Shown here: positions 52,427-63,699 of the stretch, piece by piece | Position numbering within the stretch: the first letter of the stretch is position 1 | How the letters are laid out: each line of letters opens with the position of its first letter | DNA from: Blastocatellia bacterium | Lineage (GTDB): Bacteria; Acidobacteriota; Blastocatellia; HR10; J050 | NCBI GenBank assembly: GCA_025054955.1 | Contig: JANWZE010000108.1 | Location: 13,830-77,829 of the forward strand | Direction: 5' to 3' | Length of the DNA: 64,000 nt | The notes under the pieces: model-generated | Databases searched by the model: none | The model's input: the letters and a program-made list of their open reading frames with translations, nothing else | Told to the model about the DNA's origin: nothing | Position numbers and translations under genes: made by a program

Positions 52427-53851
52427 CTAGAATCGTCGTCCCCTCAACCGCCGCGCGCGCGGCCCCAATAGCCCATCATAGTGACGCATAATGAGCTGCG
52501 ACTCAATCTGGCTCAACGTATCCATCGCCACACCGACCACAATCAACAAGGACGTGCCGCCGAAATAGAACTGGAAGCCCAGTCCATCCTGAATCCAATT
52601 CAATCCCGGCACAGTAGCCAGGAAATTAGAAATCGGCGGACCGATCCAGGGAATTTCCTGAAACTTAAACCCGGTCAAGATCACTTGTGGGATTAAACAA
52701 ATGATGGCCAGGTAAATGGCTCCCACCGTCGTCAATCGCGTCAGCACCTCGCTCAAGTATTCGGACGTTCGCTTGCCAGGCCGAATGCCCGGTATAAATC
52801 CACCCGCTTTGCGCAAGTTTTCTGCCACCTCATCAGTGTTGAACACAATCGAAACATAGAAGAAGCAGAAAAAGATGATGCATAAGACAAACAACAGATT
52901 GTAAAACGGGTGACCGCCGGTATTGAACGTCATCAGGCGATCTTGTAACCACTTGGTAAACTCCCAATCAGTCGGTAAGAACTGCGCCACGGTCGTGGGA
53001 AACGCCAAGACCGAGACGGCAAAGATCACGGGGATCACTCCCCCCATGTTGACGCGCAATGGTAGATGCGTCATCTGTCCGCCCATGACGCGCTGACCAA
53101 CCATTCGCCGCGCATAGCTGACGGGAATTTTCCGCTGACCGCGTTCGACAAAGACGACGGCTGCTACCACAAAAACGAAGACAACTAGCATCATCACGAT
53201 ACCCAACACCGTGATGGGCTCTGCGCCACTGATTTTCTCCCAAATCTGCCGCACGGCCTGCGGCAGCCCCATCACGATGCCGGCCATGATAATCAAGCTA
53301 ATGCCATTGCCGATGCCACGTTCGGTGATCTGCTCGCCAAGCCACATGATAAACACGGTGCCCGTTGTCCACGTTAACGCGGCTAACGGCACAAACATCT
53401 GTGAGCTGATGCCCTGAACCAAGCCGGGTTGCTGCGTCAACCAGTAGGAGATGCCCACCGACTGCATCATACAGAGACCGACCGTTAGGTAGCGCGTATA
53501 GCGGTTTATTTTGCGCCTTCCCAACTCGCCTTCTTCCTGCAACGCCTTGATGCGTTCGGACACCACCGTCATCAACTGCATGATAATCGAAGCCGTAATG
53601 TAAGGCGTCACACCCAAAGCAAAGATGGACACAACCCGAAGGTTGCCACCCGTAAACAAATCCAACACACCAAGCAGATTATTGGCGACATCTTGCCACA
53701 ACCGCTCCAGCACTTCCCCGTTGATGCCCGGCGTTTGAATCACCCCGCCGATGCGATACACGACTAACAAGCCAAGCATATAGAGAACGCGCTTGCGCAG
53801 GTCGGGAATGATAAACAAGTTGCGAAGCGTTTTTCCTAACCGATCCAACAT
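52427..53851 (-). CDS. secY: Preprotein translocase subunit SecY
   Basis: 474 aa, 10 TM, SecY signature. Confidence 0.9.
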   Translation of the reverse strand: MLDRLGKTLRNLFIIPDLRKRVLYMLGLLVVYRIGGVIQTPGINGEVLERLWQDVANNLLGVLDLFTGGNLRVVSIFALGVTPYITASIIMQLMTVVSERIKALQEEGELGRRKINRYTRYLTVGLCMMQSVGISYWLTQQPGLVQGISSQMFVPLAALTWTTGTVFIMWLGEQITERGIGNGISLIIMAGIVMGLPQAVRQIWEKISGAEPITVLGIVMMLVVFVFVVAAVVFVERGQRKIPVSYARRMVGQRVMGGQMTHLPLRVNMGGVIPVIFAVSVLAFPTTVAQFLPTDWEFTKWLQDRLMTFNTGGHPFYNLLFVLCIIFFCFFYVSIVFNTDEVAENLRKAGGFIPGIRPGKRTSEYLSEVLTRLTTVGAIYLAIICLIPQVILTGFKFQEIPWIGPPISNFLATVPGLNWIQDGLGFQFYFGGTSLLIVVGVAMDTLSQIESQLIMRHYDGLLGPRARRLRGRRF

Positions 53852-53881
53852 AGATCACCTCTGCCTCGGACCGTGTCCATA

Positions 53882-54334
53882 TCAGCTCACGAGCTGCGCC
53901 GTTCCACCGGCGGCTGTGATCTTTTGCTTGGCCGATTCAGTGAACCGATGCGCCGATATGTGTAACGGTTTTGTCAACTCGCCACGCCCCAGAATGACCA
54001 CTCCGTCCAGCGTCTTTTTCAGAACGCCGCGTTCTTTCAATGTTTCGGGCGTGACCGTATCACCGGCTGCAAACCACTTGTCAAGCACATCCAGATTCAC
54101 CTCCGCCCATCGCTTCTTAAAGATATTCGTAAATCCGCGCTTGGGCAACCGTCGCTGCAAGGGCATTTGCCCACCCTCAAAGCCGATCTTTCTTGAATAG
54201 CCGGAACGCGACTTCTGCCCTTTATGACCACGCCCGGCCGTCTTGCCAAGCCCTGAGCCGCGACCAATGCCGCGCCGACGCCGAGCTTTCACCGCGCCTT
54301 TGGCCGGTCGCAAATTATGTAATCCAATTGCCAT
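53882..54334 (-). CDS. rplO: 50S ribosomal protein L15
   Basis: …[22 protein letters not shown]… L15. Confidence 0.9.
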   Translation of the reverse strand: MAIGLHNLRPAKGAVKARRRRGIGRGSGLGKTAGRGHKGQKSRSGYSRKIGFEGGQMPLQRRLPKRGFTNIFKKRWAEVNLDVLDKWFAAGDTVTPETLKERGVLKKTLDGVVILGRGELTKPLHISAHRFTESAKQKITAAGGTAQLVS

Positions 54335-54351
54335 ACACGCCTCACCTCAGA

Positions 54352-54582
54352 TCAAGCAACGTCTTGCCGACTCGATTCCTCAACGATTCTCAGGAGGTGG
54401 GGGACTTTCGCCACCATCCCGCGTATCCCCGGCGTATCGGGTCGCTCGACAATTTGGTTCAGCTTGGTCAACCCCAACGAACGCACGATACGCTTGTGAG
54501 CCGCCGGCCGATTGATCACGCTACGATAATACTGAATCTTAATCGTGCCAGTGCTCTGTCCCGATTGTTTTGCCTTCGTCAT
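54352..54582 (-). CDS. rpmD: 50S ribosomal protein L30
   Basis: …TIKIQYYRSVINRPAAHKRIVRSLGL… L30. Confidence 0.85.
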   Translation of the reverse strand: MTKAKQSGQSTGTIKIQYYRSVINRPAAHKRIVRSLGLTKLNQIVERPDTPGIRGMVAKVPHLLRIVEESSRQDVA

Positions 54583-54604
54583 AACATTCACCCGTAACCT
54601 GGCC

Positions 54605-54652
54605 GTGAACAGCGCTCAGTGTCTTGATGTTGCCCCACTAACCACTGTTCAC
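54605..54652. repeat. Hairpin element gtgaacag-(32 nt)-ctgttcac abutting the rpsE stop, in a 69-bp rpsE-rpmD spacer
   Basis: 8-bp perfect inverted arms from the GTGAACAG repeat family. Confidence 0.5.
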
Positions 54653-55158
54653 TAAAGAATGTCTTCAACCGCCTTGCCGCGCAGCTCAGCGATATACTCG
54701 GCGCTACGCATATTCTTGAGCCCTTCAAACACGGCCTTCACCATGTTGTGGGGATTATTCGAGCCGATGCTCTTGGTCAGCACATTTTGGACGCCACAAG
54801 CCTGCAACACCGCGCGCACAGGCCCACCAGCGATAACGCCCGTCCCTTCCGACGCGGGCTTGAGCACAACGCGACCGGAGCCAAACCGACCGATCGTCGG
54901 ATGCGGCAGCGTTGTGCCTTTCAACGGCACGCGAATTAAATTCTTTTTGGCCGACTCCAGCGCCTTCTTAATCGCGGCTGGCACCTCACGCGCTTTACCC
55001 AATCCATAGCCGACAACGCCGTGTCCATCGCCGACCACCACCAACGCGCTGAACGAGAGGTTCTTGCCGCCCTTGACCACCTTGCTCACGCGATTGATGC
55101 TGACGACGAAATCTTTCAACTCAAGCCCTTCGGCTGAGACATGTTCATGATTCTTCAT
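54652..55158 (-). CDS. rpsE: 30S ribosomal protein S5
   Basis: Highly similar to S5. Confidence 0.9.
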   Translation of the reverse strand: MKNHEHVSAEGLELKDFVVSINRVSKVVKGGKNLSFSALVVVGDGHGVVGYGLGKAREVPAAIKKALESAKKNLIRVPLKGTTLPHPTIGRFGSGRVVLKPASEGTGVIAGGPVRAVLQACGVQNVLTKSIGSNNPHNMVKAVFEGLKNMRSAEYIAELRGKAVEDIL

Positions 55159-55272
55159 TCAACCTCCGTCAAACAAGCAGAACAGCGTATGGGGCGTGAT
55201 GCGGCTGCATCGCGCACCGACCGGCTCTCTGCTCATCATTGCAGCTCGTCATACGCGTTCCACCAACGCTGC

Positions 55273-55629
55273 TCAAAATTGCAATCCCGATTCGCGCGCT
55301 GCATCCGCCAATGCCTTGACAACGCCATGATAGCGACACCCACCTCGGTCAAAGACAATCCGGGTGATGCCCTGATCCAGGGCGCGAGCTGCAATCAATC
55401 GGCCTACCTCACGCGCCGCCGCCATGTTGCTGCCCTTGGCGCCCAAACTCTTATCCAGCGTGGAAGCCGCAGCCAGCGTGTTGCCTCGCTCGTCATCAAT
55501 AAGCTGCACATAAATATGTTTCAGACTGCGATACACACACAACCGCGGCCGCTCGGGGGTGCCGCGCACGCGCTTGCGAATACGAGCATGAACCGCCTGA
55601 CGCATCTGCCGTCGTGATTTCTGAGCCAT
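55273..55629 (-). CDS. rplR: 50S ribosomal protein L18
   Basis: Highly similar to L18. The start is internal to the ORF track entry. Confidence 0.85.
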   Translation of the reverse strand: MAQKSRRQMRQAVHARIRKRVRGTPERPRLCVYRSLKHIYVQLIDDERGNTLAAASTLDKSLGAKGSNMAAAREVGRLIAARALDQGITRIVFDRGGCRYHGVVKALADAARESGLQF

Positions 55630-55665
55630 ATCGTTCCTTACCTCTTGATCCTCCACCATGCGGCG

Positions 55666-56229
55666 CTAGCCGCCCTTTGTGCCCGCTTTACCCGGCTTTA
55701 ATCTGACCTGTTCTTCGGCAAACCGGATGCCTTTGCCTTTGTAGGCATCGGGCCGGCGAAGGCCGCGTAAATCGGCGGCCACCTGCCCGACTCGTTGCTT
55801 GTCACAACCGGAAATCAGCACCGACATCTGATACTGGTCAATCGGCCGGTTCAGTCGTTCCACCTTGACCTGCAAGTCGGGCGGGATCGGAAACTCAATG
55901 GGATGCGAATAACCAAGCGTGAAGTGCACCACGTTGCCTTTGACTTCCGCCTTGTAGCCCACGCCCACGATGCACAACTCGCGTGTGAATCCCTCCGAAA
56001 CCCCTTTGACCGCGTTGGCAACCAGCGCCCGCGTCAAGCCATGAAGCGCTGCCCACTCATCCCCGGCTCGTTCAACGTGCAACATGCCATCTTCCATCTT
56101 CACCGTGATGCCCGACGGCACAGGCGAGCGCAATACGCCTTTGGGTCCTTTGACCTCAACCGCATCGGCGCTGATCTTCACCTCAACTCCCTTTGGAATC
56201 GGAATCGGTTTCTTACCAATTCGTGACAT
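55666..56229 (-). CDS. rplF: 50S ribosomal protein L6
   Basis: [15 protein letters not shown]… L6. Confidence 0.9.
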   Translation of the reverse strand: MSRIGKKPIPIPKGVEVKISADAVEVKGPKGVLRSPVPSGITVKMEDGMLHVERAGDEWAALHGLTRALVANAVKGVSEGFTRELCIVGVGYKAEVKGNVVHFTLGYSHPIEFPIPPDLQVKVERLNRPIDQYQMSVLISGCDKQRVGQVAADLRGLRRPDAYKGKGIRFAEEQVRLKPGKAGTKGG

Positions 56230-56307
56230 AATGAAACTCCCTTGTCCGTGCCTCGTCCGTAGCTGCCCCTCGAACCTACATAGCGCGCCCGAACAACCAA
56301 TCACGGA

Positions 56308-56700
56308 CTAGTAGACACTACACAACACCTCGCCGCCGATATTGCGACGACGCGCCTCGCGCCCGGTCATCACCCCTTGCGACGTACTCAAGATGCTGAT
56401 GCCAAGCCCGCCCCGGACACGGGGAATCTCCTGTGCGCTGACATAATACCGTCGGCCTGGCTTGGAGACGCGCTCCAACTGGCTGATCACCGCCTCGCCC
56501 TTGGGCCCATATTTCAGGTAGACGCGCAGCACTTTGTGCGCGCCCTCTCCCAGCAGCTTATAGTTGAAGATATATCCTTCCTCTCTCAAGATTCTGGCGA
56601 TCTCCATTTTGATCCTGGAGGCAGGAATATCCACGCGCTGATGCCGAGCTTTTAATCCATTGCGCATTCGTGTGAGCATATCTGCAATTGGATCCGTCAT
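56308..56700 (-). CDS. rpsH: 30S ribosomal protein S8
   Basis: MTDPIADMLTRMRNG… S8. Confidence 0.9.
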   Translation of the reverse strand: MTDPIADMLTRMRNGLKARHQRVDIPASRIKMEIARILREEGYIFNYKLLGEGAHKVLRVYLKYGPKGEAVISQLERVSKPGRRYYVSAQEIPRVRGGLGISILSTSQGVMTGREARRRNIGGEVLCSVY

Positions 56701-56715
56701 ACCTTCTCCACCTGC

Positions 56716-56776
56716 GTGGACAGCGGTCGGTGGCCGATCACAACATCTGACTCGCTCGCCACCGCTGACTGTCCAC
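56716..56776. repeat. Hairpin element gtggacagcggtcggtgg-(25 nt)-ccaccgctgactgtccac in an 83-bp rpsN-rpsH spacer
   Basis: Near-perfect 18-bp inverted arms from the GTGGACAG repeat family. Confidence 0.55.
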
Positions 56777-56783
56777 AGCGCCG

Positions 56784-56969
56784 TTACCAACTCGCTTTGA
56801 CAACCCCTGGAATGTGCCCTTCTAATGCTAACTCACGGAAGCAGAGCCGGCACAACGCAAACTTACGAAAGAACGACCGTGGCCGACCGCACCTGCGGCA
56901 GCGATTGCGATAACGCACAGCGAATTTGGGTTGTCGTCGCATTTTTGCAAAGAAATTTTTTCTCGCCAT
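56784..56969 (-). CDS. rpsN: 30S ribosomal protein S14 type Z (zinc-binding, 61 aa)
   Basis: MARKNFF…CRRCGRP…CRLCFRE. The start is internal to the ORF track entry. Confidence 0.85.
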   Translation of the reverse strand: MARKNFFAKMRRQPKFAVRYRNRCRRCGRPRSFFRKFALCRLCFRELALEGHIPGVVKASW

Positions 56970-57031
56970 AAAACCTATTACCGTCTCCTCATTATTCACG
57001 GTTCACGAGCGTTGAAATGGGCCTGTCATCA

Positions 57032-57601
57032 CTAGCCCCCTTGTCGGAATGGAACCCCCAGATGGGCGAGCAAGGCGCGCGCCTCTTCATCAGTCTTGGC
57101 TGTGGTCACAAGGCAGATGTTCATCCCGCGAGCTTTGTCCACTTTATTGAAATCAACTTCGGGAAACACCAGTTGGTCCTTCAATCCGATGGTATAGTTA
57201 CCGCGCCCATCAAACGATTTGGGTGAAACGCCACGAAAATCGCGCACGCGTGGCAGCACAATACTGATGAGCCGATCGAGAAATTCATACATGCGGTCGC
57301 CCCGCAAGGTCACGGTCACGCCAACGGGCATGCCCTTGCGCAGTTTGAACGCCGCAATAGATTTGCGCGCCCTGGTGATGATAGGACGTTGCCCAGAAAT
57401 CGCCGCCAGCTCCTCAGCAGCCACATCCAAGACCTTGGGGTTCTGCGTGGCCTCACCCACGCCCATGTTGATGACGATCTTCGTCAACTTGGGAACGGCC
57501 ATGACGTTCTTGATGTTCAGCTCTTTCATCAACCCCGGGACAACGACCTCGCGGTAGCGCTGCTTCAACCGTGGTACATATTTGGACTTCGTTGCTGCCA
57601 T
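57032..57601 (-). CDS. rplE: 50S ribosomal protein L5
   Basis: Highly similar to L5. The start is internal to the ORF track entry. Confidence 0.85.
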   Translation of the reverse strand: MAATKSKYVPRLKQRYREVVVPGLMKELNIKNVMAVPKLTKIVINMGVGEATQNPKVLDVAAEELAAISGQRPIITRARKSIAAFKLRKGMPVGVTVTLRGDRMYEFLDRLISIVLPRVRDFRGVSPKSFDGRGNYTIGLKDQLVFPEVDFNKVDKARGMNICLVTTAKTDEEARALLAHLGVPFRQGG

Positions 57602-57611
57602 TGATTTCACC

Positions 57612-57962
57612 TTACTGATCAATATTGCCGCCGCACTTTCTGCACAGACGCGTTTTTCTCTCCCCGACGGCGCTCCATTTGACGCGCGTTGGACGATTGC
57701 ATGCCGGGCAGACCACCATGACGTTAGAGATGTCCACGTAGGATTCTCGTTCTAACACACCGCCGGCCACACCACGACGCGGATCACGCCGCATGTGCCG
57801 CTTGATGATCTTGAACCCTTCGACCAACACCTTGCCTTGCCGCGGCTTCACTTCAATGACACGCCCGCGCCGTGGCACTAATCTGCCTGAGGCATCGCGT
57901 TCCATCGGGCTACCCGTCAACAGGATCACCGTATCGTTTTTCCTGACATGCACGCCGCTCAT
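57612..57962 (-). CDS. rplX: 50S ribosomal protein L24 with C-terminal Cys4 zinc-ribbon extension
   Basis: KOW-domain L24 plus …[28 protein letters not shown]…. Confidence 0.85.
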   Translation of the reverse strand: MSGVHVRKNDTVILLTGSPMERDASGRLVPRRGRVIEVKPRQGKVLVEGFKIIKRHMRRDPRRGVAGGVLERESYVDISNVMVVCPACNRPTRVKWSAVGERKTRLCRKCGGNIDQ

Positions 57963-57963
57963 C

Positions 57964-58332
57964 TCAAATCACCTCCGGGGCCAACGAGACGATTTTCATA
58001 AACCGCTTCTCGCGCAGTTCCCGCGCCACCGGCCCAAATACGCGCGTGCCGAGAGGCTCTCCATCCGGCTTCAGTAATACGGCGGCATTATCGTCAAAGC
58101 GAATATACGAGCCGTCCGGACGCCGCACTTCCTTGCGCGTGCGCACGACCACGGCGCGCACGACCTGCCCTTTTTTGACCGTGCCATCAGGACTGGCCTC
58201 CTTGACATTGGCCATGATCACGTCTCCCACTGTGGCGGCCAAACCCGTGTCACCGCCCAGCGGAAGAATACAAGAAATTTTCTTCGCGCCGGAATTATCC
58301 GCCACATCCAATATGGTTCTCATGTAAATCAT
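57964..58332 (-). CDS. rplN: 50S ribosomal protein L14
   Basis: …[10 protein letters not shown]… L14. Confidence 0.9.
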   Translation of the reverse strand: MIYMRTILDVADNSGAKKISCILPLGGDTGLAATVGDVIMANVKEASPDGTVKKGQVVRAVVVRTRKEVRRPDGSYIRFDDNAAVLLKPDGEPLGTRVFGPVARELREKRFMKIVSLAPEVI

Positions 58333-58375
58333 CGTCGTTACCTCCGCAGTATCCTCATAGGTCTGCTTGCGTCGC

Positions 58376-58705
58376 TCAGTTCATGACCGTTGCCTGCGTA
58401 TCGTCGGCCACCGGCGCCGTGGATCGCTGGAGGATTTCCACCACCCGCCACCGCTTGCGCGCCGAGAGCGGGCGCGTCTCCATCAGTCGCACTTTGTCTC
58501 CAACGCGGCAGCCAAGCTCATCATGAGCCATAAACTTTGACCGCCGACGAAACACGCGACGGTAGTGGGGATGGCGCACAAGTCGCTCCACCGAGACCAC
58601 AACTGTTTTCATCATTTTGTCGCTGGTCACCAAACCGACTACTTCACGGCGACGACCCCGTCGCTTTTGCTCTGTTGTTTCCACCGCTGGTTGTATCTCG
58701 CTCAT
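58376..58705 (-). CDS. rpsQ: 30S ribosomal protein S17
   Basis: Highly similar to S17. Confidence 0.85.
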   Translation of the reverse strand: MSEIQPAVETTEQKRRGRRREVVGLVTSDKMMKTVVVSVERLVRHPHYRRVFRRRSKFMAHDELGCRVGDKVRLMETRPLSARKRWRVVEILQRSTAPVADDTQATVMN

Positions 58706-58715
58706 AACCCCTTTG

Positions 58716-58913
58716 CTACTTGGTCATCTGGCGCTCACGCAAAATCGTGTAGACGCGCGCCAAATCTTTCTTCGACTCTCGATACGCCTTGGTCACTTCG
58801 GTCTGGCCTAACCTCAGCTTGAACCGCAAGCGAAAGATGTCCTCTCGCAGGCTTTCGAGTTTCGCCCGTAACTCCTCTGTACTGAGATTACGCAACTGTT
58901 CTGCTTTCATCAT
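58716..58913 (-). CDS. rpmC: 50S ribosomal protein L29
   Basis: MMKAEQLRNLSTEELRAKLESLREDIFRLRF…. The start is internal to the ORF track entry. Confidence 0.85.
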   Translation of the reverse strand: MMKAEQLRNLSTEELRAKLESLREDIFRLRFKLRLGQTEVTKAYRESKKDLARVYTILRERQMTK

Positions 58914-58918
58914 CCCCT

Positions 58919-59338
58919 CTATCCCAGTTGATCGTGCCGGCTGACGAATTTGGTTCGCACACACAATTTGGCGGCAGCCAGTCGCATCGCCTCGCGGGCC
59001 ATGTCTTCACTGACCCCTTCCATCTCGTAAATGATCCGACCCCGTTTGACGACGGCCACCCATCCTTCGGGAGACCCTTTCCCCTTGCCCATACGCGTTT
59101 CCAGCGGCTTCTTGGTAATCGGCTTATCCGGGAATATACGAATCCACAGTTTGCCGCCACGCTTGACAAAGCGGGTCATGGCAATACGAGCTGCTTCAAT
59201 CTGCCGGTCTGTTACCCAACCACATTCGAGGGCCTTTAACCCATAGTCGCCAAACGCCAGCGACGAACCACGCACCGGCGTGCCGCGCATGCGTCCACGA
59301 TGCTGTTTGCGATATTTCACTTTCTTTGGCATCAACAT
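58919..59338 (-). CDS. rplP: 50S ribosomal protein L16
   Basis: [19 protein letters not shown]… L16. Confidence 0.9.
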   Translation of the reverse strand: MLMPKKVKYRKQHRGRMRGTPVRGSSLAFGDYGLKALECGWVTDRQIEAARIAMTRFVKRGGKLWIRIFPDKPITKKPLETRMGKGKGSPEGWVAVVKRGRIIYEMEGVSEDMAREAMRLAAAKLCVRTKFVSRHDQLG

Positions 59339-59372
59339 AAGACTGTTCTCCCAACTGTGCGAGCGCCGCGCT

Positions 59373-60044
59373 CTAGCGTCGCCCTGCTGGGCGCGGCCCC
59401 TTTGTCATCGCCGTCTCCGGGCTCAGCACATCGCCATGGTAAATCCACACCTTGACACCCAACGTGCCGTAGGTGGTATAGGCTTGGGCAAAACCGTATT
59501 CCACGTCGGCCCGCAGGGTCTGTAACGGCAACCGCCCTTGCAGGTACCACTCCGAACGGGCAATTTCCGCCCCATTGAGTCGGCCCGAAACGCGCACCTT
59601 GATCCCTTGCGCGCCAAATCGCATGGCATCATCTACGGCCTTGCGCATCGCTCGGCGAAAGGCGACCCGTTTTTCCAACTGCTGGGCCACTTTCTCAGCC
59701 TGCAATTGCGCGTTCAGCTCTGGCCGGTCAACTTCCTGAATGCTGATGAGCACCTCTCGACCCGTGCGCGCCTGAATATCGCCGCGCAGTTTATCAATCT
59801 CCGCCCCCTTACGACCGATGATGATCCCCGGTCGGGCTGTATGAATGAGAATCTTCAACTTATTCGCCGCGCGTTCCACACCGATATGAGACACACCTGC
59901 GCCGGTGAAACGCTTCTTCAAATCCTGCTTCAACTGCAGGTCTTCCAACAACAGATTGGCATACTCCTTCTTGGCAAACCAGACGGAATGCCAGTTGCGA
60001 ATGTAGCCTAAACGAAAACCATAAGGATGCGTCTTTTGTCCCAT
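59373..60044 (-). CDS. rpsC: 30S ribosomal protein S3
   Basis: [18 protein letters not shown]… S3. Confidence 0.9.
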   Translation of the reverse strand: MGQKTHPYGFRLGYIRNWHSVWFAKKEYANLLLEDLQLKQDLKKRFTGAGVSHIGVERAANKLKILIHTARPGIIIGRKGAEIDKLRGDIQARTGREVLISIQEVDRPELNAQLQAEKVAQQLEKRVAFRRAMRKAVDDAMRFGAQGIKVRVSGRLNGAEIARSEWYLQGRLPLQTLRADVEYGFAQAYTTYGTLGVKVWIYHGDVLSPETAMTKGPRPAGRR

Positions 60045-60061
60045 GCCTCACTCCTGTGTGA

Positions 60062-60427
60062 CTACCGTTCGGTAGAGACTACAACGGTAATGCGACTGGA
60101 GCGCCGCCGCTCCGCATAAGCCCGACCACGAGGAGCAGGCCGATACCGGCGCGCGCCAGCGCGATACTTTGTCGGTCCTGAATCAACAAAGCATCGTTTA
60201 ACAAACAAAGCGTCCATGTCCACCAGCACATTTTGCTCATCGGCCTTTTGCTCGGCGTTGGCGATAGCCGCGTTCAACACCTGCAAAATCTTATGAGCAG
60301 CGCGCTTCTTCGTGTAAAGCAGAATCGAGCGCGCCTCGTTGACGCCTTTGCCGCGAATCAAATCAATGACCAATCGCATCTTCTGCGGCGATCCAGGAAT
60401 ACGTTTGGCAACAGCCCATGCTTCCAT
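60062..60427 (-). CDS. rplV: 50S ribosomal protein L22
   Basis: Highly similar to L22. Confidence 0.85.
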   Translation of the reverse strand: MEAWAVAKRIPGSPQKMRLVIDLIRGKGVNEARSILLYTKKRAAHKILQVLNAAIANAEQKADEQNVLVDMDALFVKRCFVDSGPTKYRAGARRYRPAPRGRAYAERRRSSRITVVVSTER

Positions 60428-60482
60428 ATTTATCTTTCAACCTTCTCACTCAAGATGTCCGCCATTCAACGATCACGCCCCT

Positions 60483-60767
60483 TCACGCCTTTTTAACCGC
60501 CTTCTCACTCTTTTCAGGATGCCCCTTAAATGTGCGCGTCGGCGCAAACTCCCCTAGTTTGTGTCCGACCATGTTCTCCGTCACGTAGACGGGGATGAAC
60601 TTCTTACCGTTATGCACGGCGATGGTCAAGCCAACCATTTGAGGAATCACCGTCGAGCGCCGGGACCACGTCTTGATGACCTTCCGGTCACCCGTCTCCT
60701 GCGCTCCGATGACTTTCTTGAGCAAGTGATCGTCAATGAATGGGCCTTTTTTTAATGATCGTGCCAT
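60483..60767 (-). CDS. rpsS: 30S ribosomal protein S19
   Basis: [19 protein letters not shown]… S19. The start is internal to the ORF track entry. Confidence 0.9.
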   Translation of the reverse strand: MARSLKKGPFIDDHLLKKVIGAQETGDRKVIKTWSRRSTVIPQMVGLTIAVHNGKKFIPVYVTENMVGHKLGEFAPTRTFKGHPEKSEKAVKKA

Positions 60768-60833
60768 ATCACAACTCGCTCGTTGCTGATCGCCTGCGGC
60801 CAGCCGCGGACGCCCGCCCGCGGCGACCTGCAA

Positions 60834-61658
60834 CTATTTCGTCCTCCGTTTGACAATGTACTGATCGGTGCGCGGATTATTTCGTGTCTTGTAGCCGCGC
60901 GTTGGTTGTCCCCACGGCGTCACCGGATGGCGGCCGCCGCTCGTCTTGCCTTCGCCACCGCCATGCGGGTGATCCACGGGATTCATGGCCACGCCACGCA
61001 CATGGGGGCGAATGCCCAGGTAACGGCTCCGTCCGGCTTTGCCCAAGGAAACATTCTCATGATCCAAATTGCCGACCTGACCAATCGTGGCCATGCAGTT
61101 GACGTGCACCTTGCGAATCTCGCCAGAGGGCAATCGAATTTGCGCATAATTGCCCTCGCGCGCCACCAACTGCGCCGCCGCGCCCGCGCTGCGAGCCATC
61201 TGACCGCCCTTACCAGGCCGCAGCTCGATGTTGTGTACTGTTGTACCAAGCGGAATGTGACTGAGCGGCAGCGCATTGCCAACCAAAATATCAGCGTCCG
61301 GCCCAGCCACAATCGTTTGCCCTACCTTCAATCCGTGTGGCGCCAGGATGTACCGCTTCTCGCCATCTGCATAACTGACCAAGGCAATCAGCGCCGACCG
61401 ATTCGGATCGTACTCAATCGTCGCGACCTTGGCCGGAATACCGATCTTATCGCGCTTGAAATCAATCAACCGCAACCGCCGTTTGTGGCCGCCGCCGCGC
61501 CGCCGAACGGTTATATGCCCATTATTGTTCCGCCCGTCGGTTCGCCGCTTGCTGACCAACAGTGGCTTGTAGGGCTTCTCAGCCGTGATCTCCTGTTTGT
61601 CTAAGTATGTCTGAAACCGTCGTGACGGCGTCACAGGCGCTACTGATCGAATTGCCAT
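60834..61658 (-). CDS. rplB: 50S ribosomal protein L2
   Basis: 274 aa L2 (…[13 protein letters not shown]…[17 protein letters not shown]…). Confidence 0.9.
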   Translation of the reverse strand: MAIRSVAPVTPSRRFQTYLDKQEITAEKPYKPLLVSKRRTDGRNNNGHITVRRRGGGHKRRLRLIDFKRDKIGIPAKVATIEYDPNRSALIALVSYADGEKRYILAPHGLKVGQTIVAGPDADILVGNALPLSHIPLGTTVHNIELRPGKGGQMARSAGAAAQLVAREGNYAQIRLPSGEIRKVHVNCMATIGQVGNLDHENVSLGKAGRSRYLGIRPHVRGVAMNPVDHPHGGGEGKTSGGRHPVTPWGQPTRGYKTRNNPRTDQYIVKRRTK

Positions 61659-61673
61659 GTTCCCTCCAACCGA

Positions 61674-61985
61674 TTAAATCACTTCTGCGTACTCGGTAAT
61701 ACGGTGTCCAGGCTTGAGCGTGACATAAGCTTTTTTCCAGTCACTTTTTCGCCCAACCAATCGGCCAAAACGAAAGACCCGCTTGCCCCGCTGATTGACG
61801 ATGCGAACCTGCTCGACTTGGACCTTGAAAATCCTTTCGACAGCCTGCTTCACCGACGTTTTCGTGGCCCGGCTGTTGACCCGAAACACCAACACCTGCG
61901 GACCTTCATCTTCAGGGCGATCTTTCAACGAGAGCGCCTTTTCCGTCACCACCGGCGCTTTAATCACATCCCACACGTTCTGCAT
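61674..61985 (-). CDS. rplW: 50S ribosomal protein L23
   Basis: MQNVWDVIKAPVVTEKA… L23. Start at ATG 61985 with GAGGGA upstream. Confidence 0.85.
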   Translation of the reverse strand: MQNVWDVIKAPVVTEKALSLKDRPEDEGPQVLVFRVNSRATKTSVKQAVERIFKVQVEQVRIVNQRGKRVFRFGRLVGRKSDWKKAYVTLKPGHRITEYAEVI

Positions 61986-62001
61986 CTTCACTCCCTCTGA
62001 A

Positions 62002-62628
62002 CTACTTAGCCAGGCGTTGCTCAAGTTCTTGAATTGCCGCCTGAGAAAAGACAATCTGCCGATAATTGAGCGTATCGTAGATGTTCAACTCGCGACTATC
62101 CACGAGCTTGACCAATGGCAGGTTGCCTGACGCTAACGCCAGGTTTTGATTCTCATGAGAATCCACAATCAGCGTCTTGTTGGTCAGTCCCAACCCGCGC
62201 AGCGTTTTAGCAAATTCCTTTGTCTTGTGCGTCGGCAAGCTGAATGCCTCGAACACCTGTAGGTTCCCTTCACGCAACCGCTCGGACAAGGCGGAGCGTA
62301 AAGCCCCACGGACCATCTTCGCCGGCAACGTATAGGCGTACTGGCGCGGCTGCGGGCCATGAACCGTTCCTCCATGTCGCCACAATGGCGAGCGCAACGA
62401 GGCAACACGCGCTCGTCCTGTCCCTTTTTGCCGCCAAAGCTTCTTGCCTGCGCCGGAGACGCGGCCGCGTGTCTTGGTGGCTACAGTGCCGGCGCGCTGT
62501 TTGGTCATGAACCATCGCACAGCCTCGTAAATTAATGCCGGATTGTGAGGCGCGGCAAACACCTCATCGGACAACTCCACTTGACCGATCACTTCATTGT
62601 TCAAGTTTTTCAAGTCCACTGTCGGCAT
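62002..62628 (-). CDS. rplD: 50S ribosomal protein L4
   Basis: Highly similar to L4. Confidence 0.9.
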   Translation of the reverse strand: MPTVDLKNLNNEVIGQVELSDEVFAAPHNPALIYEAVRWFMTKQRAGTVATKTRGRVSGAGKKLWRQKGTGRARVASLRSPLWRHGGTVHGPQPRQYAYTLPAKMVRGALRSALSERLREGNLQVFEAFSLPTHKTKEFAKTLRGLGLTNKTLIVDSHENQNLALASGNLPLVKLVDSRELNIYDTLNYRQIVFSQAAIQELEQRLAK

Positions 62629-62631
62629 GAT

Positions 62632-63264
62632 TCATCTCCTCGCCTTTTCGATCACCACATAGCCGCCATTGGGCCCCGGAACAGCGCCGCGCACCATGAG
62701 CAAATGTCGTTCAGTGTCAACTCCGACGACAGTCAAATTGCGCACCGTCTGTCGCTGCATGCCCATGTGCCCCGTCATGCGCGCGCCCGGCCACACCCGC
62801 GATGGAAAGCTGGACGCGCCAATCGAGCCCGGCGCACGGTGGAACATAGACCCGTGCGAAGCCCGACCGCCGCGAAAATGATGACGCTTGACGAAACCAG
62901 CGAATCCGCGCCCCTTGGATGTGCCCCTGATGTTCACCAGATCATTTATCACGAACTGATCAACCAGCACGGAATCGCCCACGTTGATGCTTTCATCGGC
63001 GGCCTCTAAGCGAAACTCTCTGAGAATGCGCGTCGGCGGCACGCCAGCACGCTCGAAGTGCCCGCGCATCGGCTTATTCACTTTGCGCGGCGGCTTCTCT
63101 TCCACGAAGCCCAACTGCACAGCTTCGTAACCATCCTTGGCCACCGTCTTTCTTTGCACCACGACACAAGGACCAGCTTTGATCACCGTTGCCGGAACAA
63201 CCGTGCCATCATCCTGGTAGATTTGCGTCATGCCAAGTTTCTTGCCAATGATTCCGTTCACCAT
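62632..63264 (-). CDS. rplC: 50S ribosomal protein L3
   Basis: Highly similar to L3. Confidence 0.9.
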   Translation of the reverse strand: MVNGIIGKKLGMTQIYQDDGTVVPATVIKAGPCVVVQRKTVAKDGYEAVQLGFVEEKPPRKVNKPMRGHFERAGVPPTRILREFRLEAADESINVGDSVLVDQFVINDLVNIRGTSKGRGFAGFVKRHHFRGGRASHGSMFHRAPGSIGASSFPSRVWPGARMTGHMGMQRQTVRNLTVVGVDTERHLLMVRGAVPGPNGGYVVIEKARR

Positions 63265-63346
63265 GGTCTACGCTCTCTCCGATCACCGTTGCAGAGGTTG
63301 GCTCTCTTGCCTGCATAGCACACGAGCCAGCCTTCTGCGGTCATCA

Positions 63347-63670
63347 TTACTGATCTCGCCCGAACGCCTTAATTTCGACGTCCACGCCGCCTGGCAAATC
63401 TAATCGCATCAGGGCGTCAATCGTCTGAGGCGTCGGGTTCAAGATGTCAACCAATCGCTTGTGCGTGCGAATCTCGAATTGCTCACGTGACTTCTTGTCC
63501 ACGTGCGGTGAACGATTGACGGTGTAGCGGCTCTTATCCGTTGGCAACGGAATCGGGCCCGCTACGCGAGCGCCTGTGCGCTTGGCCGTCAGCACAATCT
63601 CTGACGTTGACTGATCCAACACGCGATGATCGTACGCCTTCAAGCGAATTCGTATTTTCTCATTCAACAT
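63347..63670 (-). CDS. rpsJ: 30S ribosomal protein S10
   Basis: [21 protein letters not shown]… S10. Confidence 0.9.
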   Translation of the reverse strand: MLNEKIRIRLKAYDHRVLDQSTSEIVLTAKRTGARVAGPIPLPTDKSRYTVNRSPHVDKKSREQFEIRTHKRLVDILNPTPQTIDALMRLDLPGGVDVEIKAFGRDQ

Positions 63671-63699
63671 AAATCTGATCCTTGGCTCATCGCCCGAGT

